Source: Octopus sinensis (taxonomy: Eukaryota). Taken from it: a DNA stretch of 64,000 nt. The DNA is taken from contig NC_043008.1 of assembly GCF_006345805.1 (NCBI RefSeq), positions 22,196,001-22,260,000 on the forward strand, read 5' to 3'. Below are positions 13,094 to 27,097 of this stretch, piece after piece. Numbering within the stretch: position 1 is the first letter of the stretch; each line of letters opens with the position of its first letter. The translations under genes and the position numbers were made by a program. Under the pieces are notes generated by a model that worked only from the letters and a program-made list of their open reading frames with translations, ran no database searches and was not told the DNA's origin.

Positions 13094-13506
13094 ATATAAA
13101 GAAAATGGAGAGTTTGATTACAGTAAAATCAATTAATTTGCATAACTGTCAATCCCATAAGGCCTATAATCATTTCAATGTCTATCTTCATTCATTTTAC
13201 AATTAATTATTGTATTATGAATTCAAAGTTAGAAATCTCTTCAGGGCCAAAATCGACATATTTCTTTATACCTTAATAGATTGAGAGTTCATTATAAACT
13301 AAGATAGCAGGATGAGTTTTTGTGTGAGTGTGTGTGTTTTGCCTTGAAGCTGAATTGCCCTATGTGTCTTTCTTTTTAAGTATGTGTGAGCATCAGCTTA
13401 TTTGTCTTCGGAATTCTGTTCTAAAATTAGCCAAAGTTTAAAATTTGACCATAGCAGAATTTAGGTCATACTACCATTCTCCCTAAGGAATTTATATTGG
13501 TTTACT

Positions 13507-13700
13507 ATATTGGTGCAGGTGGCACGTAAAAAGCACCCACTACACTCACGGAGTGGTTGGCATTAGGAAGGGCATCCAGCCATAGAAACACTGCCAGATT
13601 AGACTGGGCCTGGTGCAGCCTTCTGGCTTCCCAGACCCCAGTTGAACCATCCAACCCATCCTAGCATGGAGAACGAACGTTAAACGATTATGATGATGAC
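13507..13700 (+). mobile_element. RTE 3' end
   Basis: GGTGGCACGTAAAAAGCACCCACTACAC..GAACGTTAAACGATTATGATG. Confidence 0.8.
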
Positions 13701-13844
13701 GATGTTGATGATTATTAGAGTCCGGATGTCATTGTATAGTTTTCCATTCCGTTGGCAAGTAGAATAGGAGACCTGATTGTCTGGAAACACATAAATGGTA
13801 GAATGTAGTGAAAACCACGGAAACTGTCTACAAACTATTATTCT

Positions 13845-14076
13845 TATTTCTTTATTGCCCACTAGGGGCTAAACATAGAAGGGACAATCAAGGACAGACA
13901 AAGGGATTTAGTTGATTACATTGACCCCAGTGCTTAACTGGTACTTATTTAATCGACCCCGAAAGAATGAAAGATAAAGTCGACCTCGGAGGAATTTGAA
14001 CTCAGAACGAAAAGACAGACGAAATACCGCTTAGCATTTCGTCCGGCATGCTAACGTTTCTGCCAGCTCGCCGCCT
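13845..14076 (-). mobile_element. tRNA-derived SINE family B
   Basis: Minus strand GGCGGCGAGCTGGCAGAAACGTTAGC..GAGTTCAAATTCC (B-box)..GGGGTCGATTAAATAAGTACC..AATAAAGAAATAAG. More than 12 copies in the window. Confidence 0.85.
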
Positions 14077-15069
14077 TCTACAACCTATTATTCTACAATT
14101 TTCGTAGGCTCAGTCTGACACCAAGGATACTTACTGACACCACCACTGCTACCACCATCACTATCATCATCATCATCATCACCATCATCATCATCGTTAT
14201 CATTAAACATCTATTTTCTATGCTGGCATGAGTTGGACAGTTTGACTGGAGCTGACCAACTGGAGAACTGCACCAGGTTTCATTTGTCTGTTTTGGCATG
14301 GTTTCTTATGGCTGGATGTCCTTCTTAATGACAACCCCTTTACAGAGAGTGCTGGGTGCTTTTTATGTGGCACTAGCATGACACGGGTGCTTCAGTGTGT
14401 AGTATAGAACACCCCTTGGCCAGTGCCACAGGTGTTCTAGCCTAACCTAGTTGGAATCATTTTCAAGTATTTGCAAGTCTCACTTTGGATGTATTAAAGG
14501 AAATCTTTCGAAGATTTCTGGTTTCTTTTTTGGCAATATGTTTTAGGAATTTTAAACCTCTGGTTTGGAATGAATTTTTCCTCAGGATCTGTACATTTTC
14601 TTTTGGGGGCAACTGGTTTTCATTGAAGGGATTTTTACAAAAAATCCATTTTCATTCATTTTGAGTTGTAGACCAATTCTGTTGACCTGTTTAATATCCC
14701 CACCTTGGCAGAGTCTTCTATGTTGCAAATATCAGGTCTTCAGTATAAGGATAGCTTCCTCCTTTCTTCTCCAAGTCTCAGAAGTTCTGAAAAATGCCAT
14801 GGGCACTTCCTTTAAAACAAGCAAAAATCAAATCTTAGATATTCTGTCTCACCAATGTTTTAGTATTAAACCACAAATTGATTCTTTTATAAATATGTTG
14901 CCTTATGAACCTCCATTGAAGAAACCTCTGTGTGGCCACTTGGCTTGCAAGAAACAACAGCCAACTCTTACTGAAATCACATTCTATTGTCTTAAAAGAG
15001 GAGGGCCAGATTAAACAATGTATTCTAAAAAGGAGCACTCCATCGGTTGCAAAGACGAGGGTCCTAGCT

Positions 15070-15355
15070 GATATGATCAATGGAACAGTTTGCTTGTGAA
15101 ATTAACGTGTAAGTGGCTGAGCACTCCACAGACACGTGTGCCGTTAATGTAGTTCTCGGGGAGATTCAGTGACACAGTGTGTGACAAGGCTGGCCCTTTG
15201 AAATACAGGTGCTACTCATTTTTGCCAGCTGAGTGGACTGGAGCAACATGAAAGGAAGTGTCTTGCTCAAGGACACAACACATCGCCAGGAATTGAACTC
15301 ACAACCTTACGATCATGAGCCGAATGCCCCTAACCACTAAGCCACGCACCTTCAC
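15070..15355 (-). mobile_element. tRNA-derived SINE family C
   Basis: Minus strand GGTGCGTGGCTTAGTGGTTAGGG..GAGTTCAATTCC..TGTGTCCTTGAGCAAGACAC; homologous to 38488-38812. Confidence 0.85.
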
Positions 15356-15485
15356 AATGTATTCTAACATGCTTACAAAAGACAGGATGGGCTCAGCAGG
15401 AGTGGTTTTGATCAATAAATCTGTTACATCGGATCTGACCTGGATCTGAACAACAACATGTATGGTCTTATGACCATGTAAGACA

Positions 15486-15497
15486 TTGTCGTCGTCG

Positions 15498-15552
<55 letters not shown>

Positions 15553-15805
15553 TATCATTATCATTATCATCATCGTCATCATCATTATCATCATTATCAT
15601 CATTATCATTATCATCATTATCATTATCATTATCATCATTATCATTATTATCATCATCATTATCATCATTATCATCATCATTATCATCATTATCATCATT
15701 ATCATTATCATCATCATTATCATAATCATCATTATCATTATCATCATCATTATCATTATCATCATCATCATCATTATCATCATCATTATCATTATCATCA
15801 TCATT

Positions 15806-15851
<46 letters not shown>

Positions 15852-15866
15852 ACATCATCATCATTA
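15486..15866. repeat. (ATC)/(ATT) low-complexity tract
   Basis: Tandem trinucleotide repeats; produces the spurious poly-D/N ORF. Confidence 0.95.
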
Positions 15867-16419
15867 CAAAGGTCTTCATTGTTTAGCCAACTATGTGTGA
15901 TTTCCTCTGCTGCTTTTATAGACAACCATGTATATTGGGAAGATCACATTTAAAGAATATTTTTTCCGATATTACATCACGAACTGGGAAAAGAATGTTT
16001 ACTGCTTCACAGCTGCCAAATTCCTGACGAGCAGACACGGCAGATAGTAAAGACACAGCAGACGGTTCCCACTTTGTGAAGAAGACAGTCATTGTTGGAA
16101 ATTTTACATTTGTCTGAACATCACTTAACAGATGTAAACATGTAAAATTGAAGTTTGCAAAGGACGACATAAGAAGTGAAAGGAGACTATTTCTATCAAA
16201 TCAAGATATATTTCTTCTGAGACACATTCAAATTTAATGGATATCATAAGAATAAAAAGAGGATGACAAACAAAGGTAGCCAAGTGTTTGGGTGAGGTGT
16301 TGAACCGACATGAATTGTGAATCACCGGTTCAATTCCTTTGCTTGCTTCTTCTTGTTTCTTCACCTCATTCTATTTATTTTTTTCTTTGTTTTTTTTTCT
16401 TTAATTATTTTGGTCATTG

Positions 16420-16579
16420 GATTGTGGTCATGCTGGAGCAACATTTTGAAGAATTTTAGTAGCATTTACTCTATTGGTTTCTTGTTCCAAACAGTCACAG
16501 GGCCATAAATGTACCAACACCAATTGCCCAGTGGTGGTGGTGGGGGGAGCAAAAAGCACAGACACAAAGAAATTTACAC

Positions 16580-16616
<37 letters not shown>

Positions 16617-16790
16617 GAGAGAGAGAGAGAGAAAGAGAGATACAATGGGCTTCGTTCCATTTCCTTTGATCAAATCCATCCACAAGGCTTTGTCAGCCAA
16701 AGGCTATAGTAGAAGACACTTAGCTGATGTGCCACATTATGGGACAGAACCTGGAAACAAACCACTTACCACACAGCCACACCTGCACCT
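16420..16790 (-). mobile_element. SINE family A
   Basis: Reverse complement of family A. Confidence 0.75.
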
Positions 16791-17366
16791 ATAACCATGC
16801 TACATGGTCGGCTCAAGAAGCAGTCTTGAGAACTGAAGAAATTTTTTCTTTAGTTCCAATATGCTTGAGATATAGCTGACCTGTAAAATAGCCAATCATT
16901 TTCATGGCAGTTTGCCATGAAAAATAAATTTCACTTTAGGTGAAAAGATGTAAAACACTAACTTTATTTCAGCGCACCCACTATAGACTAATATAAACAT
17001 TTTAAGCTCTTTATGCTCATGTCAGTATTAGATATCAAGCAGGACAACTCTTTGGCATTATACACTATTTGCCTACTAAAACGAGAATTTTTCTCCATGA
17101 CAAACCACAGTGAAAATGGCCTTTTTAAGATTAAATATGCCCGGACAATATTTGACCTTTTAACAAAGTTCATTTATGCATTTATTTATTTACATTGAGT
17201 ATGCTTAATCTGGCTGTTGAAAATAAATACCAGAACATTAGAAATATTACCTCTTATAATATAAAAGACTGGAGTTTTAATCTTAGGAAGATTTCCCTTG
17301 TGGCTTTGGTAACTAGACAAAAAAAAATGTTTTGCAGTATTTGTTCTCTCTCTTCACACTCTTTGT

Positions 17367-17474
17367 TCAAATCTCATCAAAGTCAACTTTGATTTCCAAC
17401 CTAGCAGGATCATAAAACATATTATCATGTTGCATTCGCATAGAACTTTTGGTTCTCCAAAATCACCCAAAATC
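17367..17474 (-). CDS. Candidate terminal coding exon of an unidentified gene: ILGDFGEPKSSMRMQHDNMFYDPARLEIKVDFDEI*
   Basis: Acceptor TTGACTTTTACGCCTAG|ATT (phase 0), 35 codons of non-repetitive protein-like sequence, then TGA. AATAAA lies ~180 nt downstream (~17181-17190 on the minus strand). Confidence 0.5.
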
Positions 17475-18227
17475 TAGGCGTAAAAGTCAATTTTATTTTG
17501 TGGGGTGAAACTGTAAATAAAGATTTGGAAACTTCAACTAGTATGCTAGAAAACACAATATATTAGTCACACTTAACAAGAAGAGATGAAAAATAAAATT
17601 ATATCTGCTGGATTTTTAAATCAGAATACTAAACGAATATGACCGATATATTGGTAATTCCTTTAGACCACTGAGTTACCTTTACTACAATTCCACATTT
17701 CTTTTTAAGAAATATCAAAAAGTAGAGAAAAAGTGAAATTGAAGAAATTTGACGAGTTTAAAATAACCTTTATTGAAGTTATGTAAAATACTAAATTACC
17801 ATGATTCATATTGATTTTTTTTTGTTATTTTCTCCTTGTTTTATTTACATATTTATATATTTATTTGTTTTTCTAGATTTCAACCTTTTAGCTTTTAAAG
17901 AAGCCATACTATTTTAATATCAAAGTATGGATTTGAAAAGTCAATGGCTTGAATTCATTTAAACCATTTAGTTCATCTCTAGAATTTAATTAATTTTATT
18001 CTTAATTCTTCTCTGCAGCACAGCAAAAATATAAAAATGTAAAAAATAATTTTAAAAAAAATGTTTTAAAAAGTAGACAAAGTATTTGAAGCCTGGTTTA
18101 AGACTTGAAGGAATTACAAAATCATTGACATTTTAACATTTCTTTTTCTGAAGTTAGTTTTTTTGGATAAGTCTTCTGGAAAGCTACGTTTTGCCAAGCA
18201 AGCTTTTGGATCCGTCACAAATGATAG

Positions 18228-18520
18228 CAAAATCTTTGCCAGTGCCGCAGGACTGGCTCCCATGCAGGTAGCACGGGAAAACACCTTTTGGGTGTGGTCA
18301 TTGCCAGAATCGCCTGACTGGCCCTCATACTGGTGGCACATAAAAGCACCCACTACACTCTCATAGTGGTTGGTGTTAGGAAGGACATCCATCAGTAGAA
18401 ACTTTGCCAGATTAAATTGAGCCTGGTGCAGCCTCTGGCTCACCAGTCCTCAGTTAAACCATCCAACCCATGCCAGCATGAAAAGCGAACATAAAAGTAC
18501 GATGATGATGATGATGATAT
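18228..18520 (+). mobile_element. RTE 3' end
   Basis: Subrepeats, GGTGTTAGGAAGGACATCC core and (GAT)n tail. Confidence 0.75.
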
Positions 18521-20136
18521 AAATACAAAACATGTCTAAGCATGAATGCATAACCAACTTTGATCTCAGTATATTTTTTAATTCATGATCACATACCCAT
18601 CGTTAAAGGATGATGATGATGATATATTTTTGGCATTACAACTGACCACGTGGGGATGATCGAAATTCTGATCCTCCCTTTTTTGTTGTTACTAAATATA
18701 TATATGGGCTGGTTACACCCATTGACATAGGCCATGGGCTTTGCTGATGATACGACAGTTTCATGTTTCTTATCTCTTGAGACACTCGCCTTCGGGTTTT
18801 CTGCACTTCTCCTTGCTTTGAAGATATTAGGTTTTTTTTATGGTGGCATATTTTTTCCAATATTTTAAACAAAAAATTATGACCATGGAAAAAAAATATA
18901 CATTAATCTCTATTTTTGTAAGCAGTTGTATGAATGTAGGATGTCTATATTTTTGTATGCAGTGTAAATTAACCAAATATAAATAAAGTGTAAATACCTT
19001 CCAACCATGCAACTGCTGCGATAATTATGAATTGTTAATTGAATGGTAGATGTGTATTTTTATATAACTTGGACCCTTCACGTAATTGTTTTTTGTCAAG
19101 AGTTTCACCTTCAGCTGTTCTTGTCACATATGTATATGTATGTGTGGATGTATGTGTGTGATTAATAACATACATAACAGGTGTGCAAACACACACACTC
19201 ACAGGTACATACACATTTATATATAAAATGTGACGGTATGCACACATACACTCTCACATACAGCCACATACATATAGTAAGAATGACACATACAGACATA
19301 CATTCACACATGTCAGTCATCACATGTGTATATGTATGCATAGATGTGTTTGTATGTTTGATAATGTACCTAATGCAGAAACACACACACAGTCACAAAG
19401 ACATACACACTCATACACCAACACACATACACTCAAAGACACATACACACTCATCTAAGTGACGTCGTCGTCATTGTGGTATAAAATGTCCTTTATTGTT
19501 CGTTTGTATTGAACACACAAACACACACACATATTAGAAAGTGAAAGAATAAAAGTGAAACAATATTATATCACAGAAGGAAATCAATTTGTAAGCATAA
19601 ATTACAAACCTCATTTCAGCATATAAAGCTCTAGAAGAAAATAGCATGAGTGAAAAAACTTGAGCCACTTTAGGATATCTTTTTCTAATGCATGAACGCT
19701 CAGTGGCATGGTTGAATTCTCATTGGTTAGTAATGAAGGCTTATTGGTTGTATCACAACAGTTTTCGATTGAGGGAGAAGTGTAAATAGTGTTTTTAAAC
19801 AGAGTACAAAAAATTTTTAAATAAGTAAAGTAATGTTGTAGAGAGAACATACAAATAGCGTGAAGGTAAAGATATTTACACATGACAAAATTAGAATATA
19901 CTGAAGTCAATTTTCAGAAAGAGAGAGAGAGAGTGAGTGAATGAAACAGACATAGACTTAAAGAGAGGAACTATTACAGAGGGTGAGAGAGAATATATGT
20001 AAGCAAGAGAAACAGAGAATGAGAAAAAGAGAGAGACGATAGAAATAAGCAGAGAGAGAAAAGGGAGAGAATTGGTTGAAAACTGCAGTTTTTAGAGAAA
20101 AACCCATGTGAAACACTCTTTTTCCCTGCATCTCAC

Positions 20137-20214
20137 TTTATGTGGGAGCTCTGGACAAAAGTTATAGTGCATGACCATCCTTGACACATAAGGAATGGGT
20201 GTATTTGTTGAAAA
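20137..20214 (-). CDS. Candidate internal exon FSTNTPIPYVSRMVMHYNFCPELPHK (phase 0-0)
   Basis: TACATTTCTACAG| acceptor, AAA|GTGAGA donor, 78 nt open; phase fits the 17474 exon. Confidence 0.35.
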
Positions 20215-20392
20215 CTGTAGAAATGTATAGGTACTATGCAAACTGACATACAAATACACAGACACAGAGACAGACACATCCTATGAGCTATGTCTAATAA
20301 TTTCTTCTTTTGAACTTTTTTTTTTTCTCTTCATGTATGTGAATGATTTTCTTAGGTTTGACAATACTGTGAGCAAATATCATTGAACTGAC

Positions 20393-20454
20393 ATTGGAAC
20401 GAGAAAATCCATTATCGATTCGCAGCATTTGATCCCTGTTATAATCGTGTCGTT
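20393..20454 (-). CDS. Candidate internal exon (E)RHDYNRDQMLRIDNGFSRSN
   Basis: Donor AAT|GTCAGT in phase 0. The acceptor is weak (AAGTAG|, or an alternative ATAACAG| 20 nt further in). Confidence 0.3.
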
Positions 20455-20645
20455 CTACTTGCAGTCAGTTCTCCCAACATCTCAATCGTTAGTAAGATAA
20501 ATAGAATTAGTTGACAATAATGAACCAAGACATACAAACCAAACCAAATGAATAACCGTTGTTGACTCTTACTTCAAAATATATACACAACGCCTTTAGC
20601 TGAGTATGGGCTTGTGCATGTGTGTGGTGTGTGTGTGTGTGTGTG

Positions 20646-20686
<41 letters not shown>

Positions 20687-21289
20687 TGTATGTGTGAAAT
20701 GGATACACAAATGTGCTGACACATATGTTTAGCAGGTGACATATATGTTTGATTTTCATCTGGGATTGGTAATTTTAAAGAATATTGGTTGACTGAAGTT
20801 TAGTCAGAGACAATTAAAGACATATTGTCTGCTTTTGTGGTGAGGAAAGACTAAAGAATTGCTTAATTTATTTACTATTGTTTTTGTTTTGTTTTGTTCT
20901 TAACTTTCTCTTGACGATTTTTGTGCATTAAAAACATTTACAAATAGCTAAGTGAATAATCAGTTTACAATTTGTGTATTGTAGTTTATATGAACACACA
21001 CACACACACACACATACATGTATATGTGTTTAAGTATATATATACATATATTTTGTACATAGACGCAGGTATGGCTGTGAGGTAAGAAGTTTGCTTCCCA
21101 ATCGCATGGTTCTGGGTTCAGTCCCACTGCATGGTACCTTGGGTAATTGTCTTCTACTATAGCTTCAGGCTGAATTGATTTGGTAGATTAAAAACTGAAA
21201 GAAGCTCAGCATATATATATATGTGTGTGTGTGTGTTATATGTGTGACAAATTTTGAAAATTAAAGGTGTCTATTTACTTCCTGCATGC

Positions 21290-21329
<40 letters not shown>

Positions 21330-21727
21330 CCACCTGGTGTGACTCCCAGACTTACCAGCCCCTGTCAAACTGTACAACCCATACCAGCATGAAAAACACA
21401 CATTAAATGATGATGATGATGATGATTCTACATAGCATATGGAGAGAATATTTCCACTTAGTGAAGATATCAGTCGGCACCATCTTCATTATCTTCATCG
21501 TTGTGAATAGAAAAAACTTTGTTGAAATATAATTCTGACTTCATGCCGAGATTTTATGTTGTGAAATTAATCTTTGATCCAGCATCAATTCATAATAAAC
21601 CAGACATAACTGACATTCCTTACATCTACCTTTAAGTTAAATTTAGGGAAAAAAGTGGTAATTTGCAAAAGCAAATTTAAAATTAATAAGAATACAAAGA
21701 AAAACAAAATGCTGTGAATGAAGTTAC

Positions 21728-21754
21728 CTGAAGAATTTAGCAGCTGAATAAAGT
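21728..21754 (-). CDS. Candidate 27-nt micro-exon (DFIQLLNSS or LYSAAKFFR frame)
   Basis: TTTTGTTTCAG|ACTTTATTCAGCTGCTAAATTCTTCAG|GTAACT: strong splice sites, length divisible by 3. Confidence 0.4.
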
Positions 21755-21896
21755 CTGAAACAAAATGTCAGGAATATATACAGCAATTTCTTTTAGAAAA
21801 TATTTACGTAAATACTATACTATGACATCCTTCGGGGGTTTTTTTATCTGGAGACAAGTGTGGCATTAAGAGAGATGCTGGATTAATTTGAATTAA

Positions 21897-22282
21897 CTTT
21901 AGTTTAAAGTAGCAATGGATTATATAATCAGCTTACCTTATTTGTGGCTACTTTAAGTAAAAGTTAATTATTTAATTTTAAACTGAAACAAAGTGACCCA
22001 TTTTTTTTGCTTTTTTTTACTAACCAAAATTCTTTATATATTGCTAAATTCAAATTTTCTTTAAAGTTTATCTAAATTAAAACTTAGTTTAAAGTAGCAA
22101 TGGATTATATAATCAGCTTACCTTATTTGTGGCTACTTTATGTGAAAGTTAATAATTTAATTTTAAACTGAAACAAAGTGACCCAGTTTTCTCTTTTTTT
22201 TTTTACTAAACACTTGAACTTTAAAATTCTTTATATATTGCTAAATTCAAATTTTCTTTAAAGTTTATCTAAATTAAAACCT
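21897..22282. repeat. Tandem duplication of a ~185-200-bp AT-rich unit
   Basis: AGTTTAAAGTAGCAATGGATTATATAATCAGCTTACC...TTTATCTAAATTAAA occurs twice in tandem with a few differences. Confidence 0.9.
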
Positions 22283-23002
22283 GCCATCAAAATTTTATGT
22301 TAACTTACATTCCAAATAACAGCTAATATTTATACAGTTATATTTATACATTCTTTATTATTTTTAAAGTTAATTGAAACAGAAGCAGTGCATCTTAACA
22401 GAATTGTTGCATTCTCTAATAGTTGCCATGCTTTATCCCACATCACCTAGCTTTAAAATGCCCATCCCCTCAGAATACACAGTTTTGCAAGCTGCATAAT
22501 GGCTTCACTAGCATTGGTGCCTGGTTAAAAGCACCAAGGAAGGGCATCCAGGTGTAGAAACCATGGCAAAATAGACGGTGGGAAACGAAGCAGCCCTTTG
22601 ACAACAGTGGGTTCTTTAAAATGTCCAATTCTTGCAAATATGGAATAGAGATATTAAGTGACGGTGGAAGGAGGTAGTGGTATTTGTGGTGGTGGTGGTC
22701 ATTGTTGTCATGGTGATGATGATGATGATGATGATGACAATGGAATAAAAAAAGAAAATTTTAAACCACTGACTTCATGCTCTCTTCTATGACTAATATT
22801 GATCTGCTTTGGATGGACATTCCACTGGTTTTGGCAATTGTTTACTCAACTGAATTTTCTACATATAAAATTAACATGCTAGTGGCTGGGTATTCCACAA
22901 CCACATGTGTCTTTAACACAATTTTCTAGTCAAATCAGAGCGAACGAAGCTAGACCTTTGAACTACAAGTAGAATTCATAAACATGGTGAGAAAAAAAAG
23001 AA

Positions 23003-23034
<32 letters not shown>

Positions 23035-24334
23035 AGAAAGCGTGAAATAGAAAAACTAGCCCCAGTACTAAACAAATACTTCATTTATCATCGCTCAGAA
23101 GGTTTAGAGGCAAAGTGACTTCAGTGAGGTTTGAACTCAGGATGCAGAATGCCAGAATAAATATTGATTTCAAATTTTGGCACAAGGCCAGCAATTTAGG
23201 AAGATATGATGAGTCAGTTACATCGTCCCCAGTGCTCAAATGGTACTCATTTTATCGACCTCATAAAGATGGCCTGGCAGAATTTGAACACAGAACATAA
23301 TGAAGGATAAAATACTGCTGAGCATTTTATCCGACATGCTAACAGTTCTGCCAGCTCACCACCTCTTAACCTTTCACACACTGCATTTTGTCTAGAATTA
23401 TCTCCCCTGCCACTGCCTTGTTACTACAGGGGAGAAAACTCATACGATGACATGATGCACCTACAGTGTGCTAAAGATTTATACTAGAATAAATATCATT
23501 CTTTCAGACATTCTTTCAGACATAGTAATAACAGTAATAATGGTGCCAGTTTTGCTATTCTGCTATATTTCACCCAGACATTAACACACAGCAACTACCA
23601 AAGACTAAATTTAAATCACACTTTGGTAAGTTTACATACAAGCTATGTGTTATTTCCTTCCATTTTCTCTTCCTATTTATTTTATGGACAACATGTGTAC
23701 CATCTTTACTCTGTCACACCATTATTGTTCTAAGTAATTTATGTAAATGCATAAAGAGGTAATATAATGATTCCCTAGAAAGCAAAGGCAAAAGAACATT
23801 CTTGCTAATGGCATATCCGACATATTGAAGAATTTTTTTTTGCATTTTTGCCAATTTTGTTTTTCTTTGGTGGAAATGTTTTTGTTTTTGTTTTTATTTG
23901 TGTTTTTCTGAATGATGAGTTACTTTGTGACTTTGTATCAACATTATCCTCATTATCGTAGTCACCACTGCCACCGGTGTCACCTTTAGCAACATATAAC
24001 TAGAGTAAAAAAAAAAGGAAAGATTGGAACCTCTCCTCCTCTTCCTTTTCCTCCTTAAACTATCAGTATCACTGTCAAAATTATAACCTTTAGCAATATA
24101 TAACTAAATAAAACACCAAAGGTAGCCTTCCTCCACCTCATTCTCATCCTCATCCTTCTCCTCATCCTTGCACCATCAGCTCAATGAATGACCCTTGGCC
24201 ATTTCCTCTATGTGTGTTCACTTCTATAATTAGCTTGGGGCAATTTTTACCTGGGGTTTGATTGATTGATTGGCTACAGATACACTATTTTACATCACCA
24301 ACTCACTGCACATGTGGAGTAGTTGCTGTCGTTG

Positions 24335-24366
<32 letters not shown>

Positions 24367-24399
24367 GGTATTAGTGTTGGTGGTGGTCTTGGTCATGGT

Positions 24400-24630
24400 C
24401 GGCGTGCTGGCAGAAACGTTAGCACGCCGGACGAAATGCTTAGCTGTATTTTGTCTGCCACTATGTTCTGAGTTCAAATTCCGCCGAGGTCGACTATGCC
24501 TTTCATTCTTTTGGGGTCGATTAAATACGTACCAGTTACGCACTGAGGTCGATGTAATCGACTTAATCCATTTGTCTGTCCTTGTTTGTCCCCTCTGTGT
24601 TTAGCCCCTTGTGGGTAGTAAAGAAATAGG
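24400..24630 (+). mobile_element. SINE family B
   Basis: Family B head to tail. Confidence 0.8.
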
Positions 24631-25127
24631 TTGTGGTCATGAGGTCTCTCTCACCTAACTTATCAAGGAAAATAGCAAGCATGACATAAAAATCAAAACT
24701 GTAAAAATGATTCTAGCTTAGTGTCTCTCTCTTTTGCTTTATTCCTCCTTTACATCTTTCTATTGTTGGACTTTGGCCATACTGGAGTACATTCATGAAG
24801 ATTTTATCAATCATATCAAACTCAGTGCTGTTTTCCTTTTTTTTAAAAGTGTAGTACTTTATTTTAGTGATACCCATTTGTTGCACTGCTAAGTTACAGG
24901 ACATAAACACAGAATGTTTTTTCCAAGTGGAGTCAACCAGCCATAGAGATAATTGCAAATACAATCACACACACACACATACACAGGCACACACGCACAC
25001 ACACGCACACACACACGCACACACACACACACACACACGCACACACACACACACACACCACACACACACACACACACACATGAAGTACTCTCATACAGTT
25101 TCTATTTATCAATGTAAATCAGAAGGA

Positions 25128-25578
25128 AGGTGGTGAGCTGGCAGAATCATTAGCACACTGGGTGAAATGCTTAGCGGTATTTTGTCTGCTGCTATGTTCT
25201 GAGTTCAAATTCCGCTGAGGTCGACTTTGCCTTTCATCCTTTCAGGGTCGATAAATTAGGTACCAGTAATGAACTGGGGTCAATGTAATCGAATTAATCC
25301 TCTTGTTTGTCCTTGTTTGTCCCCTCTATGTTTAGCCCCTTGTGGGCAATAAAGAAATAAGAAACGTTACCACACCGGGCGAAATGCTTAGCGGTATTTC
25401 GTCTGCCATTACATTCTGAGTTCAAACTCCACCGAGGTCGACTTTGCCCTTCATCCTTTCGGGGTTGATAAATTAAGTACCAGTTACGCACTGGGGTCGA
25501 TGTAATCGACTTAATCCCTTTGTCTGTCCTTGTTTGTCCACTCTATTTTTAGCCCCTTGTGGGCAATAAAGAAATAAG
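25128..25578 (+). mobile_element. SINE family B tandem dimer
   Basis: A full copy is followed directly after AAAGAAATAAG by a second copy starting mid-head (AAACGTTACCACACCGGGCG). Confidence 0.85.
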
Positions 25579-25919
25579 AATTGTTTGCTCAACAGGTGAA
25601 ATGTGTGACAGCATCCTATCTGTCTTTACATTCCAAGTTCAAATTTTGTCAAGGTTGACTTTGTTCTTCATCATTTTTGGGGTCGATGAAATAAGTACCA
25701 GTTGAGTACTGGGATCAATTTAATCAACCCAGCCCCTCCCCCAATCCTGCAGACCTTGTTCCAAAATTTGAAACCATTATTGTTCTTCTTCTTCTTCTTC
25801 TTATTATTATTATTATTATTATTATTGTTATTATTATTATTACTATTATCCTCTTCTTTCAATGTTGTTTCCATTTCTTTCCGAGTGTCTTCCCAACACC
25901 TAGATCAAAGAAACTAATG

Positions 25920-25966
<47 letters not shown>

Positions 25967-26132
25967 CATTATTATTATTATTAGTATTATTCATAATTTT
26001 TTTCTATTTTCTTTCAGACTTTGCATCAGTCTTTTATAGTTCCTTAATAAACCAGTAGTTGACTTATTGAGAATTGATTCATGGAACATTTTTCTTTAAT
26101 CATCAAAATCTGTTCCCAATATTTGGACTTAC

Positions 26133-26171
26133 CATTTGGTTGATTTCTACAACAATATATTCTTTAATTTT
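26133..26171 (-). CDS. Candidate 39-nt exon KIKEYIVVEINQM (phase 0-0)
   Basis: TTTTTTCTCTCAG| acceptor, ATG|GTAAGT consensus donor; only one frame is open. Confidence 0.45.
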
Positions 26172-26649
26172 CTGAGAGAAAAAAAACAACAAAAATATAA
26201 AAAGAGGAGCAACAAAAATAACGGTAAGTTCTCTTTTAATTCGTTTTTTTTCTTTAATTTTATTGATTATTTATCACTTTTCTTTTCTTTTTTTTTTTTT
26301 GCTTTACTTCTTAATCAGTAAAAATGATAGTTTTTACTGATTTCAAATCATAGATATCCATTCTTGCAGAAGTCAAGAGAGCAAGTACCAGTCAAGTACT
26401 GGGGTCAACATAACCGACCTCAATAAAATGTATGGCAGTGTGCCAGCTCTTCAACTGGTTATTATTGTTTTTTGTTGTAGTTTTATTTTTCTAATTGATC
26501 TTATTATTGATCATATAATGATCAAACTTTCCGTCTCAAGTACGTTCACAAGTGACCTGACACTCAGACCTTTCTTTTGTTATTTTTCTCTCTTTACATT
26601 CTGATTTTTTATAGGCATTGCATTCTCACATAACTATATATATATATAC

Positions 26650-26730
<81 letters not shown>

Positions 26731-26939
26731 ATATATTTTATATCAGATTTTATGTCTGAGTAGGTATATAAAGACATTGTGTGTATGTGAATATGTAATT
26801 ATGTGTGTGTGTGTATGTATTTATATATATATATATACCTACTCAGACATATATATCTGATATAAAATATATTATATATATGTATATATATATATATCAT
26901 CATCATCATTTAACATGGAGAACGGACGTTAAACGATGA

Positions 26940-26992
<53 letters not shown>

Positions 26993-27097
26993 TATAATAT
27001 ATATTTTATATCAGATTTATATGTCTGAGTAGGTATATAAAGACATTGTGTGTATGTGAATATGTAAGTATGTGTTTTGTGTATGTATTTATATATA

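Noticed and set aside
15916-16300. Unique-looking sequence with 80-aa ORFs
   Set aside because: No frame with coherent splice sites or a recognisable motif; may be distal 3'UTR
18740-18816. Minus-strand exon ARRSAENPK with a GC donor
   Set aside because: The acceptor phase is incompatible with the upstream candidate exons and it needs a non-canonical donor; kept only as a possibility
21560-21630. Minus-strand frame GRCKECQLCLVYYE after an AAG acceptor
   Set aside because: Weak acceptor, early stop, no convincing donor
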